Of a stretch of DNA of 64,000 nucleotides, positions 1 through 9,767 are shown piece after piece. The notes below the pieces were generated by a model that saw only the letters and a list, made by a program, of their open reading frames with translations, ran no database searches and was not told where the DNA came from. The stretch spans positions 99,377 through 163,376 of the forward strand of contig CAWGUE010000034.1 of assembly GCA_963825595.1 (NCBI GenBank), read 5' to 3'. Origin of the DNA: an uncultured delta proteobacterium (GTDB lineage: Bacteria > Desulfobacterota > Desulfobacteria > Desulfobacterales > SG8-13). The stretch's first letter is position 1, and each line of letters starts with the position of its first letter. The position numbers were made by a program, and so were the translations under genes.

Positions 1-1625
1 ATCGCGGAACTGCCGCCGGACCTCATCGACGACGGCACCGCCGGCTTTGCCCACCGCCTTCATGCAAATGGAAGCAAAAACGTAAGGCAGCATTCCGCCG
101 ATGAAGAGGCCGATGATGACGTTCACGTTGCTGAGGTCAAAGCTCAATTCCTCACCGCCGCCGTGGAGGGCGAACTCCTGAGTGTACGCGGCAAACAGCA
201 CCAGAGCAGCCAGTGCCGCCGACCCGATGGCGTAACCTTTGGTAACGGCCTTGGTGGTGTTTCCAACCGCATCCAGCGGATCGGTGACGGCACGGACACT
301 TTCATCCATCCCGGCCATTTCGGCGATACCACCGGCGTTGTCGGTGATGGGTCCATAGGCATCGATGGCAATGACCATACCGGTCATGGACAGCATCGAC
401 ATGGCCGCCATGGCAATACCGTAAAGTCCCGCGAAATAGTGAGCAGTACCGATGGCGAGACAGATAGCCAGCGCCGGAAGAGCGGTGGCTTCCATGCTGA
501 CAGCCAGGCCGGCGATAATGTTGGTCCCGTGGCCGGTGGTCGAGGCGTCAGCCACGAATTTGACCGGTTTGCGGATGCCGGTGTAGTACTCAGTAATTAT
601 GACGATAATGACGGTCAAGGCCAGCCCGACCAAGGTCGAGTAAAAAATCGCCAATGGGGTGATCACCCTGACACCGGGAACCTCGAGCGTCGGCAGCATT
701 TGTCGGCAGGCGACAAAAAAGGCGATGGCAGCCAATATGGCCGCTCCGAACATGCCTTTGTAGAGGGCGCCCATGATGTATTCATTGGCTCCCAGGCGAA
801 CGAATCCGACTGCGATGATCGATGCAACGATGGAAATCGCGCCCAGCACCAATGGAAATTCAGTGGCAATGACATAATCGGGAAAGAGCAGGTTGCCCAG
901 CAGCATGGCAGCTACGGCGGTGACGGCATAGGTTTCAAAGAGGTCGGCAGCCATCCCGGCACAGTCACCGACATTGTCACCGACGTTGTCCGCGATAACC
1001 GCGGGGTTACGGGGATCGTCTTCGGGAATACCGGCTTCCACTTTCCCGACCAGGTCGGCGCCGACATCGGCGCCCTTGGTGAAGATGCCACCACCGAGAC
1101 GGGCAAAAATGGAGATCAGGCTGCCGCCGAATCCAAGGGCAACCAGGGCGATAACCGCATCCCGAACCGGTGTACCCGTGTTAACGAGAATGGTATAAAA
1201 ACCGGCCACGGCGGTCAGGGCCAGGCCGGCCACGATCATGCCGGTCACAGCCCCACCTCTGAAAGCCATGGACAGGGCCTTGGCGAGCCCGCCTTTGGCC
1301 GCTTCGGCCGTGCGCACATTGGCGATGACCGACACCCGCATGCCGATGTAACCGGCCATAAAAGAGGCCGCCGCACCGACGAGAAAACCGATGGCGGTTT
1401 TGATGCCGAGCGTAAAGGCGATCAAAACGAACAAAGCGACGGCCGCAAGGCCCATGCTTTTCAACTGCCGGTTGAGATAAGCGATCGCTCCTGTCTTGAT
1501 TGCGTCGGCTATCTCAATCATTTTCCCATCGCCTGCCGGCGAATTTTTTACCATGCTCGCGGTAATGATCGAGAACAGTACGCCCGCGATGCCTACTAAC
1601 GTACAAACTAAAGGTAGGTAGTTCA
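1..1625 (-). CDS. hppA: Membrane-bound ion-translocating pyrophosphatase, N-terminal part (gene runs off the window start)
   Basis: It is absent from the ORF track because it has no stop inside the window. My translation of the minus strand from ATG (CAT at 1623-1625) gives [29 protein letters not shown]... It continues through [56 protein letters not shown], the hallmark motifs of H+-PPases. The plus-strand ORF 163..1599 is its antisense shadow. Confidence 0.9.
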
Positions 1626-1659
1626 TCCTTTCCTCCATCCAGAATCAAAAAGATTAAAA

Positions 1660-2250
1660 TCAGATCAGAAATTGTCGATCGTTGAATCGGTTCATGCCAA
1701 CCGTGAGCCCATCGGTCAGAATAGCCTCCACCGCCTTCTGGGCCCTTTCGAGTATCTGGTTCAGCACCTCGGTCTCTTCCATAGTATACCGGCTCAAAAC
1801 ATGATCCGTTGCGCTGCGCTCATCGACCGGACGCCCGATTCCGATGCGCAGGCGGGCAAAATCTCCGCCGCCAAAGGCGCTCATCAACGATTTCAAACCA
1901 TTGTGTCCTCCATGCCCTCCTTTCTCTTTGATTTTTAATCTTCCAAAAGACAAGTCTAAATCATCATGAATGACCAGCATATCCCTGCCGGGTATTTTAT
2001 AGTAGTCGGCCAAGCTCCTAACGGGCGGTCCGCTGTTGTTCATGAAGGCCAGAGGCTGAACCAATATCGCTTCGACCCCCTCGATCATGCCGCGGCCGTA
2101 ACGTGTCTGAAACTTGGTTTTGTCCAGTTGGATCGAAAAGGCTACGGCCACTTTTTCCAGGACCTTAAACCCCAGATTGTGCCGCGTGTTGCGGTAGGCT
2201 GCCCCGGGATTGCCCAACCCCGCTATCAACCAAATGCGCTTTTCAGGCAT
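1660..2250 (-). CDS. pth: Peptidyl-tRNA hydrolase
   Basis: The 196-aa ORF starts ...IWLIAGLGNPGAAYRNTRHNLGF and contains VIHDDLDL, the canonical Pth motifs. It sits in the conserved pth-ctc-prs neighbourhood. Confidence 0.93.
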   Translation of the reverse strand: MPEKRIWLIAGLGNPGAAYRNTRHNLGFKVLEKVAVAFSIQLDKTKFQTRYGRGMIEGVEAILVQPLAFMNNSGPPVRSLADYYKIPGRDMLVIHDDLDLSFGRLKIKEKGGHGGHNGLKSLMSAFGGGDFARLRIGIGRPVDERSATDHVLSRYTMEETEVLNQILERAQKAVEAILTDGLTVGMNRFNDRQFLI

Positions 2251-2380
2251 TTTTTATATACCGCCTGCTGCCGTCCGTCTTCCACCACCTCTTTCAGCAC
2301 CTGCTGGCGCCAAGACAGGTGTTTGCCCCCTAAGTGCCCCGCAAAATTCAGTGCCGTCTTGCGGGCGGCACTCATTGCGG

Positions 2381-3034
2381 TTATTCTTCCGCCGGTTCCT
2401 CGGCGGCATCCTCGCCTTCGGCCTCTTCTCCTTCTTCTTCCTCCTCGACCTCTTCCTCTTCAACCTCTTCCGCTTGCGGAGTGGTGACGGTTACGATGGT
2501 AAAATTAGTCTCGGCCGGAATTTCGATATCACCTTCCGTGGTGATGTCCTCCACATGGATGGCATCACCGATATCCAGGTTGCTGATATCGAGAGTGAAG
2601 GATTCGGGAATTTCACCAGGCAAACAAAAGACCTCAAGCTCACGCCGGACAATCTGCACGATGCCGCCACGCTCTTCTCCGACGGATTTGCCGGTGGTAA
2701 CGACCGGGACATTGACCTTTATTTTGCGGGTCATGCTGATTTCGTAAAAATCGACGTGCAGGGGATTTTGCGATACCGGATGGGTCTGCAATTCCTTGAT
2801 CATGACTGATTTATTGAGCGTCTTGCCGTTTTTAACCTCAAGATCCAACACCACCTGATTGATATTGTGTTCCTTGAGCAGCAGTTCGAATTCATGGGTA
2901 TTTACCATGAGCAGGATCGGTTCGGCATCGGGCCCGTAAAGGACAGCCGGTATGAGGCCTTCGCGACGCAAAACCCGGGCCGGCCCGCTCCCGGAGGTTT
3001 CGCGAACGTTTGCTGTTAATTGAATTTTTTCCAA
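2381..3034 (-). CDS. rplY: 50S ribosomal protein L25 / general stress protein Ctc, with an acidic C-terminal tail
   Basis: The 217-aa ORF reads MEKIQLTANVRETSGSGPARVLRREGLIPAVLYG..., a typical L25/Ctc N-terminus. The C-terminal tail is rich in Glu and Ala. Confidence 0.9.
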   Translation of the reverse strand: MEKIQLTANVRETSGSGPARVLRREGLIPAVLYGPDAEPILLMVNTHEFELLLKEHNINQVVLDLEVKNGKTLNKSVMIKELQTHPVSQNPLHVDFYEISMTRKIKVNVPVVTTGKSVGEERGGIVQIVRRELEVFCLPGEIPESFTLDISNLDIGDAIHVEDITTEGDIEIPAETNFTIVTVTTPQAEEVEEEEVEEEEEGEEAEGEDAAEEPAEE

Positions 3035-3098
3035 GTTTATCTTTCCTCCTTACTTCGGACTTTGAAACAAGCCTTTAAATGTTCGAGCGCAATGCCCG

Positions 3099-4049
3099 CT
3101 ATACAAAAAGCGATGTTACCGAATCTCCGGTGTGGCTGCGAATGATGGCTTCACCGACCAAGCCTGAGATTGTCAGAACTTTGATTTTCCTACATTTTTT
3201 AGCCTCTGGTTTCAGCGGAATCGTGTCGGTTATGACCAGGCTCTTCAGACATGAACCCTCAATGCGTTCGATAGCCGGCCCGGACAGCACCGCATGCGCA
3301 CAACTGGCGTGCACCTCCCTGGCACCGGCCTTCTTGATAGCAGCTGCGGCGGCGATAAGTGTGCCGGCTGTATCCACCATGTCATCCAAAATGATAGCGA
3401 CCTTGTCGTTCACGTCTCCAACGACGGCCATTGCCTTGGCCTGGTTAGGGGCGGAACGACGTTTGTCGATGATGGCCAAATCGGCGTTGAAGCGCTTGGC
3501 AAACGCCCGGGCCCGCTCGACACCCCCGGCATCGGGCGAGACGACAACCAGATTGTCACTGAAGTTCGACTGGATATAATCAATGAGGACCGGTGCCGCA
3601 AAAAGGTTGTCGACCGGTATGCTGAAGAATCCCTGAATCTGCCCGGCATGCAGGTCCATTGTAATGACTCTTTTTGTACCGGCCACCGTCAACAAATCGG
3701 CAACCAGTTTGGCACTTATGGGAACCCGGGGAGCGACTTTTTTATCCTGCCGAGCGTATCCGTAATACGGAAGGACAGCCGTAATCCGTTTGGCTGATGA
3801 ACGATTGCAGGCGTCGATCATCAACAGCAGTTCGACAAGATTGTCGTTAACCGGAGAGCAGGTGGATTGGATGATGAATACGTCTTTCAGGCGGACGTTT
3901 TCGTCGATCTCTATCTGAATCTCGCCATCACTGAACGTTTTTACCTTGGCACCGCCGAGTGGCAGATCGAGGTACTTGCAAATCTTTCGGGCGAGAGCGG
4001 GATTTGAATTACCCGTGAAGATGACGAGATCATTATTATTCGCTGCCAT
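3099..4049 (-). CDS. prs: Ribose-phosphate pyrophosphokinase
   Basis: The 316-aa ORF has the PRPP synthetase motifs [18 protein letters not shown] and [13 protein letters not shown]. Confidence 0.95.
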   Translation of the reverse strand: MAANNNDLVIFTGNSNPALARKICKYLDLPLGGAKVKTFSDGEIQIEIDENVRLKDVFIIQSTCSPVNDNLVELLLMIDACNRSSAKRITAVLPYYGYARQDKKVAPRVPISAKLVADLLTVAGTKRVITMDLHAGQIQGFFSIPVDNLFAAPVLIDYIQSNFSDNLVVVSPDAGGVERARAFAKRFNADLAIIDKRRSAPNQAKAMAVVGDVNDKVAIILDDMVDTAGTLIAAAAAIKKAGAREVHASCAHAVLSGPAIERIEGSCLKSLVITDTIPLKPEAKKCRKIKVLTISGLVGEAIIRSHTGDSVTSLFV

Positions 4050-4131
4050 TTATATAATTATATCTCCCAGCTCATTTGCGCCCCGCACCGAGGATATGTG
4101 CAGAAACAAGTTCTCTGCTTTGCAATCTTTA

Positions 4132-4206
4132 TGGCTGGGGCGGGAGGATTCGAACCTCCGAATGCAGGAACCAAAGTCCTGTGTCTTACCGCTTGACGAC
4201 GCCCCA
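4132..4206 (-). tRNA. tRNA-Gln (anticodon UUG)
   Basis: The reverse complement reads TGGGGCGTCGTCAAGCGGTAAGACACAGGACTTTGGTTCCTGCATTCGGAGGTTCGAATCCTCCCGCCCCAGCCA. The acceptor stem is TGGGGCG/CGCCCCA and the anticodon stem-loop is CAGGA-CTTTGGT-TCCTG (anticodon TTG). The T arm is GGAGG-TTCGAAT-CCTCC and the CCA is encoded. Confidence 0.9.
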
Positions 4207-4265
4207 ACAAATAAAAAAATATTGCCGCCGGCTGCTGCGAATGCCTATCCGGGCAGTCTTCGGTA

Positions 4266-5162
4266 TCACCGGAATTGACGGCTGTCATCAGCGGCGACGA
4301 TCAATTCTGTAAGGAAAAGCATCCAGTCGGGTGCGTTGTTTTTTTCGAGGTCAAGGGTGCGCATCGCCTGAAGAGCCTCCGAGGTATTTTCGAACAGCCC
4401 GAACACGGTCGAACCGCTGCCCGACATCAAGACACCGCGCGCTCCGCAACCGCTGACGGCCGTTTTGGCGGCTTTAACCTGTGGATACCTGGCAAGTGTG
4501 ACCGTTTCCAAGTCATTGCATAAATGGTACGCCGCATCAAAGGGCCCATCTTTCAAAGCGTGATCTTTAAGTTTTTTTTCACAGTTTGTCAATCCCAAAT
4601 CCAGATTTTTGTATACCTCTGCGGTTGACACGCTGATACCGGGATAGAGCAATAATGCGATATAGGCCGTCAAGTTCCGGTAAGGGACAAGACACTCGCC
4701 AATGCCGGTGGCTATAGCCGGTTGGCCAAAAATGAAAAACGGAACATCCGCCCCGATCTCCAGCCCCATCTGCATGAGTTCCGCACGGCGGAATGGATAA
4801 CCGCAGTGTTTGTTCAAGCCAATCAGGACCGCAGCAGCATCACTGCTGCCGCCGCCTAACCCTGCGCCAACCGGAATTCGTTTGGTGAGGGTGATATCGA
4901 CCCCGAGTGATGTGCCGCCGCGGCAGCGCGCGTGATGCCTGATAAAAATCTCGGCGGCCTGGTGGGCTGTATTGGAGTCATCGGTGGGAACGGTCGGATT
5001 CGAGCACGCAATCCGTATCCCGGATTTTATCGGTGCTATCCGCACGTCGTCGGACAGTCCGATGGGACACATCAAAGTGAACAGCTCGTGGTATCCGTCA
5101 AGTCGTTTGCCGGTGACTTGTAAAAAAAGGTTGAGCTTGGCCGGAGCAGATATCTGGATCAT
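4266..5162 (-). CDS. ispE: 4-diphosphocytidyl-2-C-methyl-D-erythritol kinase
   Basis: The ORF 4266..5210 has a family-typical N-terminus MIQISAPAKLNLFLQVTGKRLDGYHEL starting at the internal Met (5162). It carries the GHMP kinase motif IPVGAGLGGGSSDAAA. Confidence 0.88.
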   Translation of the reverse strand: MIQISAPAKLNLFLQVTGKRLDGYHELFTLMCPIGLSDDVRIAPIKSGIRIACSNPTVPTDDSNTAHQAAEIFIRHHARCRGGTSLGVDITLTKRIPVGAGLGGGSSDAAAVLIGLNKHCGYPFRRAELMQMGLEIGADVPFFIFGQPAIATGIGECLVPYRNLTAYIALLLYPGISVSTAEVYKNLDLGLTNCEKKLKDHALKDGPFDAAYHLCNDLETVTLARYPQVKAAKTAVSGCGARGVLMSGSGSTVFGLFENTSEALQAMRTLDLEKNNAPDWMLFLTELIVAADDSRQFR

Positions 5163-5227
5163 TTGACGCCCGTTATTTTCTTCAGACCATGGCGCTTTCA
5201 ACAGCGACATCCGCTGGCCGCCCGTGC

Positions 5228-5662
5228 TTATTCTCTCTCCCTGACATAGGCGATTCTCAGGTCATAGAGGATGTTCTTGATAATATCTGCTTCAACCTTT
5301 GTCAGGTTCCCGCGGGTTTTCTCCTCGAGCAGGCTCAGAATGTCGATGGTTTGTTTGGCCAACGGCAAGTTTTTCGTGCTCTGCCCGGTCGCCGGGTCTT
5401 CGATGATACCCAGATGAACCATGGCCGAGGCGTTCAACGACATGATAAAGGTCGGGAAATTGACTTCCGGCAGCAGGGTCTCTTCGGTTCCGCTGTCATC
5501 CCCGATTGCATCCTGCTGATTTTTCTCCGCTGTAACGACGGGTTCATCGGGGGCCGCCCCCGCGGACGCTTTCTTATCCGAATCCATGTTTTCTTTTTGG
5601 GTCTCTCCATCGGAAAATTTCCGGCGGTCTCTGATGACAAATCCCTTTTCTTCGTCTGACAT
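5228..5662 (-). CDS. DUF1844-like small protein
   Basis: The likely start is MSDEEKGFVIRDRR at 5662, preceded by GGAGGT. The C-terminal part reads NFPTFIMSLNASAMVHLG...LPLAKQTIDILSLLEEKTRGNLT. Matching this pattern to DUF1844 is from memory. Confidence 0.65.
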   Translation of the reverse strand: MSDEEKGFVIRDRRKFSDGETQKENMDSDKKASAGAAPDEPVVTAEKNQQDAIGDDSGTEETLLPEVNFPTFIMSLNASAMVHLGIIEDPATGQSTKNLPLAKQTIDILSLLEEKTRGNLTKVEADIIKNILYDLRIAYVRERE

Positions 5663-5910
5663 ACCTGACCTCCAGTCTCCTGTCCCTGTCCACTGTCGCA
5701 GGGGCTGTTTGGTAGTGGACGCGCGCATAAGTCCACATCACTTCGATTTTTCTGCCTTACGCCGGCGAAGCGCTCGGGTGGCCTGTAACGTCTCTATTCT
5801 GACAAATCAAAGCGTCATCGTCGGCCGGCAAACGGGCAAGTCTCCACTGATCGTAGCGAGAAAATGAGCAAAACGTCTGATTTCAAGGCGCGCTCGTAAT
5901 GATCTATACA

Positions 5911-7491
5911 TCATAATTCAAGCGGTGTGACCGTATTGACCATCGGCAGCGCCCGCAGTTCGCTGAGGACATCATCCGGAATGGAAGTGTCCGTTTTTAG
6001 AAAAATTATATTGTTTTCGCCGTCTTGATCCTGTCCGACCTGCATCCGACTGATGTTGATGGCGTGCTTGCCGAGAGTCGTGCCGATGCTGCCGATCGCG
6101 CCGGGTTTGTCCTGATTGTAGATCAGGGCCAGATGGCCCTCTGGAATGAGCTCGAGTCCGAAGTTATTGATTTTCACAATGCGGGGATCTCGCTTGCCGT
6201 ATATGGTGCCGGCCACAGAGGTGGTCATGTCGGTGGTCACCACCCGCACTGAGATCAGGTTAATGAAATGGTCGGAGTCGGCACTGGTACTCTCGATAAC
6301 CTTTATGCCCATCTCCTTTGCAATCACCGGTGAGTTGACGAAATTCACGGAATCCTGGACTATGGGCGTCAAAAGGCCTTTGAGCACCGCCGTGGACACC
6401 GGCGACAAATCGAGCCCGTTGAAGTCACCTTCATACATGATTTCGACTTTTTTCACCGGTCCCCGGGACAGTTGGGCCTGAAGAGCACCGATTCCGTCGG
6501 CCAGCGAAAGATAGGGACCTAATTTGGTCAACAGTTCACCGGTAATCGAGGGAACATTGACCGCATTGACGATCGTCCCGTCCTTTAAATAAGCGATGAT
6601 CTGCTCGGAAATCGCGAGGGCGACATTGGTTTGCGCCTCAAGGGTCGATGCCCCCAGGTGAGGCGTGCAGATGAGGTGGTCATGCTTGAAGAGACCACAG
6701 GCCCTGGGGGGTTCAGTTTCAAATACATCCAGCGCTGCACCGGCGATCTTGCCGGACACCAGGGCCTCTTCCAGCGCGGCCTCATCCACGATACCGCCAC
6801 GGGCGCAGTTGATAACCATCACGCCGTCTTTCATCTTCGCGATGGTATCTCTATTGATGAGCTTTTCGGTGTTCTTCATTTTCGGCACGTGCACGGTAAT
6901 GAAATCGGCACTGCCGAATAACTCGTCCAGGGTGACGCTCTTGTAGCCGGCTTTGACAATTTGCTCGGCAGCAACATACGGATCGTGAATCATCACGCGC
7001 ATCCTCAAACCGCGGGCGCGATCGGCGACGATGGATCCGATCTTCCCAAAGCCAATGATACCGAGCCATTTGTTATAGACTTCCCTTCCCTGGAGGTTCT
7101 TTTTCTCCCATTGTCCGGCTTTCAGGGATGCGGTTCCCATTGGAATGTTGCGGCTGAGCGCCATTATCATGGCAATCGTGTGCTCGGCGGTGGTGATGAC
7201 GTTTCCGGTCGGCGTGTTCATAACAACCACACCCCTTTTGGTCGCTGCCGGTATGTCGACATTGTCGAGTCCGATTCCGGCCCGGCCGACAACTTTGAGT
7301 CTCCCGGCAGCTTCCAGAAGCGCTTCGGTGACCTTGGTGGCACTCCGGATCACAAGAGCGTCGTACGCGCCGATTATATTTTGGAGACCCTCCGGTGAAA
7401 GGCCTGTTTTCACATCGACGGTTATGCCGTTTTCTTCCTGAAATTTCCGAATTCCGATGTCACCCAGGTTGTCACTGACCAAGACCTTCAT
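5911..7491 (-). CDS. serA: D-3-phosphoglycerate dehydrogenase (long form with C-terminal ACT domain)
   Basis: The 526-aa ORF has a 2-hydroxyacid dehydrogenase NAD-binding core (GIIGFGKIGSIVADRA, TPHLGAST). A C-terminal regulatory region follows. Confidence 0.93.
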   Translation of the reverse strand: MKVLVSDNLGDIGIRKFQEENGITVDVKTGLSPEGLQNIIGAYDALVIRSATKVTEALLEAAGRLKVVGRAGIGLDNVDIPAATKRGVVVMNTPTGNVITTAEHTIAMIMALSRNIPMGTASLKAGQWEKKNLQGREVYNKWLGIIGFGKIGSIVADRARGLRMRVMIHDPYVAAEQIVKAGYKSVTLDELFGSADFITVHVPKMKNTEKLINRDTIAKMKDGVMVINCARGGIVDEAALEEALVSGKIAGAALDVFETEPPRACGLFKHDHLICTPHLGASTLEAQTNVALAISEQIIAYLKDGTIVNAVNVPSITGELLTKLGPYLSLADGIGALQAQLSRGPVKKVEIMYEGDFNGLDLSPVSTAVLKGLLTPIVQDSVNFVNSPVIAKEMGIKVIESTSADSDHFINLISVRVVTTDMTTSVAGTIYGKRDPRIVKINNFGLELIPEGHLALIYNQDKPGAIGSIGTTLGKHAINISRMQVGQDQDGENNIIFLKTDTSIPDDVLSELRALPMVNTVTPLEL

Positions 7492-7710
7492 ACAAACTCC
7501 TCTTCAGATGTCGTTGCGTTGGGGCTTTTTTTTTGTGCCTTAACTTATGGAATCCGGTTCTTTAGTCAAGCGTCAAGCGGAAAGATGAACGAAGCTCAGG
7601 GTTCCGCGGTCGCTTTAACGGGCAGGGGGCGGCCAGGAATCACACGCCGTCGAGGAACGAATTTTTCGGCGCACCTGCTACGGGATTAATAAACCGACGG
7701 GGCGGCGCGC

Positions 7711-8565
7711 TTACCTGTCAACAAGGGCGTTTCTGAACTGGATGTACCCGTCCCGCACGGCCGAATACGGTTCGATTGCGGCCGCCTTGATGGCTTCGTA
7801 TTCACCAATACGGAAAGACAAATCGTTCAATCGACGGTAAGCGCCGACGCTGACTGCGGCAGCAGCGGGCTCCAGGTAGCCGATGGGATTAACCCACAAA
7901 TCTCCAAAGAAGCCCGCCGATTCCCGCAGAGTAGAAGACCCGATAACCGGCCAGACGATGTAGAACCCATTGCCGAAACCCCAACGCCCGAGGGTCTGTC
8001 CAAGGTCTTCATCACTGATGTCCATGTTGAACATTTGTTTGCCTGGATCCCCGAATCCCAGTATGCCAATCGTGGAATTGACAAAAAATCGGGCGACTTC
8101 CGTTCCGGCGTTTTTCATTTTGCCCTGCAGTATGCAATTCACCAATCGTACCGGGGTCAAAACGTTACTGAAAAAATTTCTGACGATTAAGCGGAAATCC
8201 CCCGGTATTACGAATTTGTACCCTTGCGTCGCTGGTTTGAGCAACCAGAAGTAGAGCTTGTCGTTAACCTGAAATATAACACGGTTCAAAGGCTCAAGCG
8301 GGTCGGCGACCTGGACCGGGGAGACAAATGCCTCATCCTCCGGAAATTCAAACTCTTTCTCATATTCAGCGTCGTCCGCCGGCTTCAACACCGGATCTGC
8401 GGTAAGGCTCCCCTCAGACGATGTCTGGTCCGACGCCAGGGGGCCTGCCGCCTGCGCTTCCTTTGCGCCGGGGCTTACCTGCGCCCCGAATGCATAACTA
8501 CTGAACGAAATAAACGTTATCAGGATAAAGCAGACAAAATACGAGGCTGGTATCCGGGTATTCAT
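7711..8565 (-). CDS. mlaA: MlaA/VacJ family outer-membrane lipoprotein
   Basis: The 284-aa ORF has a signal peptide and a VacJ core (PLEPLNRVIFQVNDKLYFWLLKP...FFVNSTIGILGFGD). It is the last gene of the mla operon. Confidence 0.85.
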   Translation of the reverse strand: MNTRIPASYFVCFILITFISFSSYAFGAQVSPGAKEAQAAGPLASDQTSSEGSLTADPVLKPADDAEYEKEFEFPEDEAFVSPVQVADPLEPLNRVIFQVNDKLYFWLLKPATQGYKFVIPGDFRLIVRNFFSNVLTPVRLVNCILQGKMKNAGTEVARFFVNSTIGILGFGDPGKQMFNMDISDEDLGQTLGRWGFGNGFYIVWPVIGSSTLRESAGFFGDLWVNPIGYLEPAAAAVSVGAYRRLNDLSFRIGEYEAIKAAAIEPYSAVRDGYIQFRNALVDR

Positions 8566-8599
8566 ACTTCAGGCAGTCCTTTGTATAAATGGGCATTCA

Positions 8600-9226
8600 T
8601 TACCCACTGGTTTTTATTTGTTGTTCCTGGTCCTTGATCTTCTGCCTGAGTCGATCGATGACCTGCTTTGCCGATTCTTTTTCAAAGAGATCCCGAAACT
8701 GGGTTTGATAGTTCTGGACCAGGCTGACGCCTTCAACGTAGACGTCGTAGATTTTCCACTGCCCATCCGTCAAACGCATGCTGTAATCGACGGTCAAATC
8801 CCCATTTGAGGCTGGAATTTTGGTCTTGACCCTTGCGCGTTTACGCACCGCGTCGATATCCTGGTCGAGATATTCGACCTTGAGCCCTTTGAGGTCATCG
8901 CTGATCCGGGACAGGTAGTTGTTGCCGAGAAATCGGGCAAAGAGATCCGTAAATTCCTGCCGCTGCTGGGGGGTGAAGCTGTTTTCCCAATGGTAACGAC
9001 CGGTGGCCCGTTTGGCTATCAGATCGAAGTCAAACATATCCTTGGTGGCCGATCGAATTTTTTCGCGTTGATCGTCGCGCAGGGCGGGATCGTTGTACTG
9101 CGGGTCATCGAGAATCTCAACCACCTGTTGTATGGGGGCTTTGAGCGCGTCGACCGGCTGCCCGACCTCGGCAACCGCCGGCAGTGCGGTCAAAAGTATT
9201 ATCGCCAGGAAAATGGTTCTTTTCAC
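8600..9226 (-). CDS. mlaC: MlaC/Ttg2D phospholipid-binding periplasmic protein
   Basis: The 208-aa ORF has a signal peptide. It contains toluene-tolerance Ttg2D-like sequence (FDFDLIAKRATGRYHW...FTDLFARFLGNNY). Confidence 0.85.
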   Translation of the reverse strand: MKRTIFLAIILLTALPAVAEVGQPVDALKAPIQQVVEILDDPQYNDPALRDDQREKIRSATKDMFDFDLIAKRATGRYHWENSFTPQQRQEFTDLFARFLGNNYLSRISDDLKGLKVEYLDQDIDAVRKRARVKTKIPASNGDLTVDYSMRLTDGQWKIYDVYVEGVSLVQNYQTQFRDLFEKESAKQVIDRLRQKIKDQEQQIKTSG

Positions 9227-9305
9227 CTAGATCTCCTTTGGTCTCTTCGATTCCTGTATGGAAGTATTCAGCGCGATGGCTAATCGGTCGGTTCAAGCAT
9301 AGCTA

Positions 9306-9752
9306 TTAGATCTTTCCGAAGACAAACTTGCTGATCAATTCCTCAATGTCCACCGCCGATTCGGTTTCTGTTAACATACCCCCCTGCTTCAAGGGGATGT
9401 CCGACACCCCCGGGGAGATCTTTATGTACTTGTCTCCGATTAGCCCTGAAGTTTTAATCGATGCAATCGTATCCTCTGTCAGGGCGACGTCCTTTTCGAT
9501 CTTCATCTTGACCACCGCCATCCAGCGCTCCTGGTCCAGAAAAATTCCTTCCACCTGACCGATCGGCACCCCGGCCAGCTCCACCTGAGATCCGGCTTTC
9601 AATCCCGCAATCGACTGAAAACGGGCGGAAATAGAATAGTAATTGTCGCCGATGATTTCCATTTTCCCGAGACGCACGGTCAAATATCCTATACAGACGA
9701 TGCCTATAAGCACGAATATGCCTACAGCAGTCTCCGTCGACAATTTTTTCAT
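9306..9752 (-). CDS. mlaD: MlaD (single MCE domain) protein
   Basis: The 148-aa ORF has an N-terminal TM helix followed by an MCE domain (AGLKAGSQVELAGVPIGQV). Confidence 0.88.
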   Translation of the reverse strand: MKKLSTETAVGIFVLIGIVCIGYLTVRLGKMEIIGDNYYSISARFQSIAGLKAGSQVELAGVPIGQVEGIFLDQERWMAVVKMKIEKDVALTEDTIASIKTSGLIGDKYIKISPGVSDIPLKQGGMLTETESAVDIEELISKFVFGKI

Positions 9753-9767
9753 CTTGCCTCCTTATCT

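Noticed and set aside
163-1599. 478-aa plus-strand ORF, the longest ORF listed at the window start
   Set aside because: Its composition is G/D/R/H-rich and non-protein-like. It is exactly antisense to a textbook H+-pyrophosphatase reading frame that is open to the window edge.
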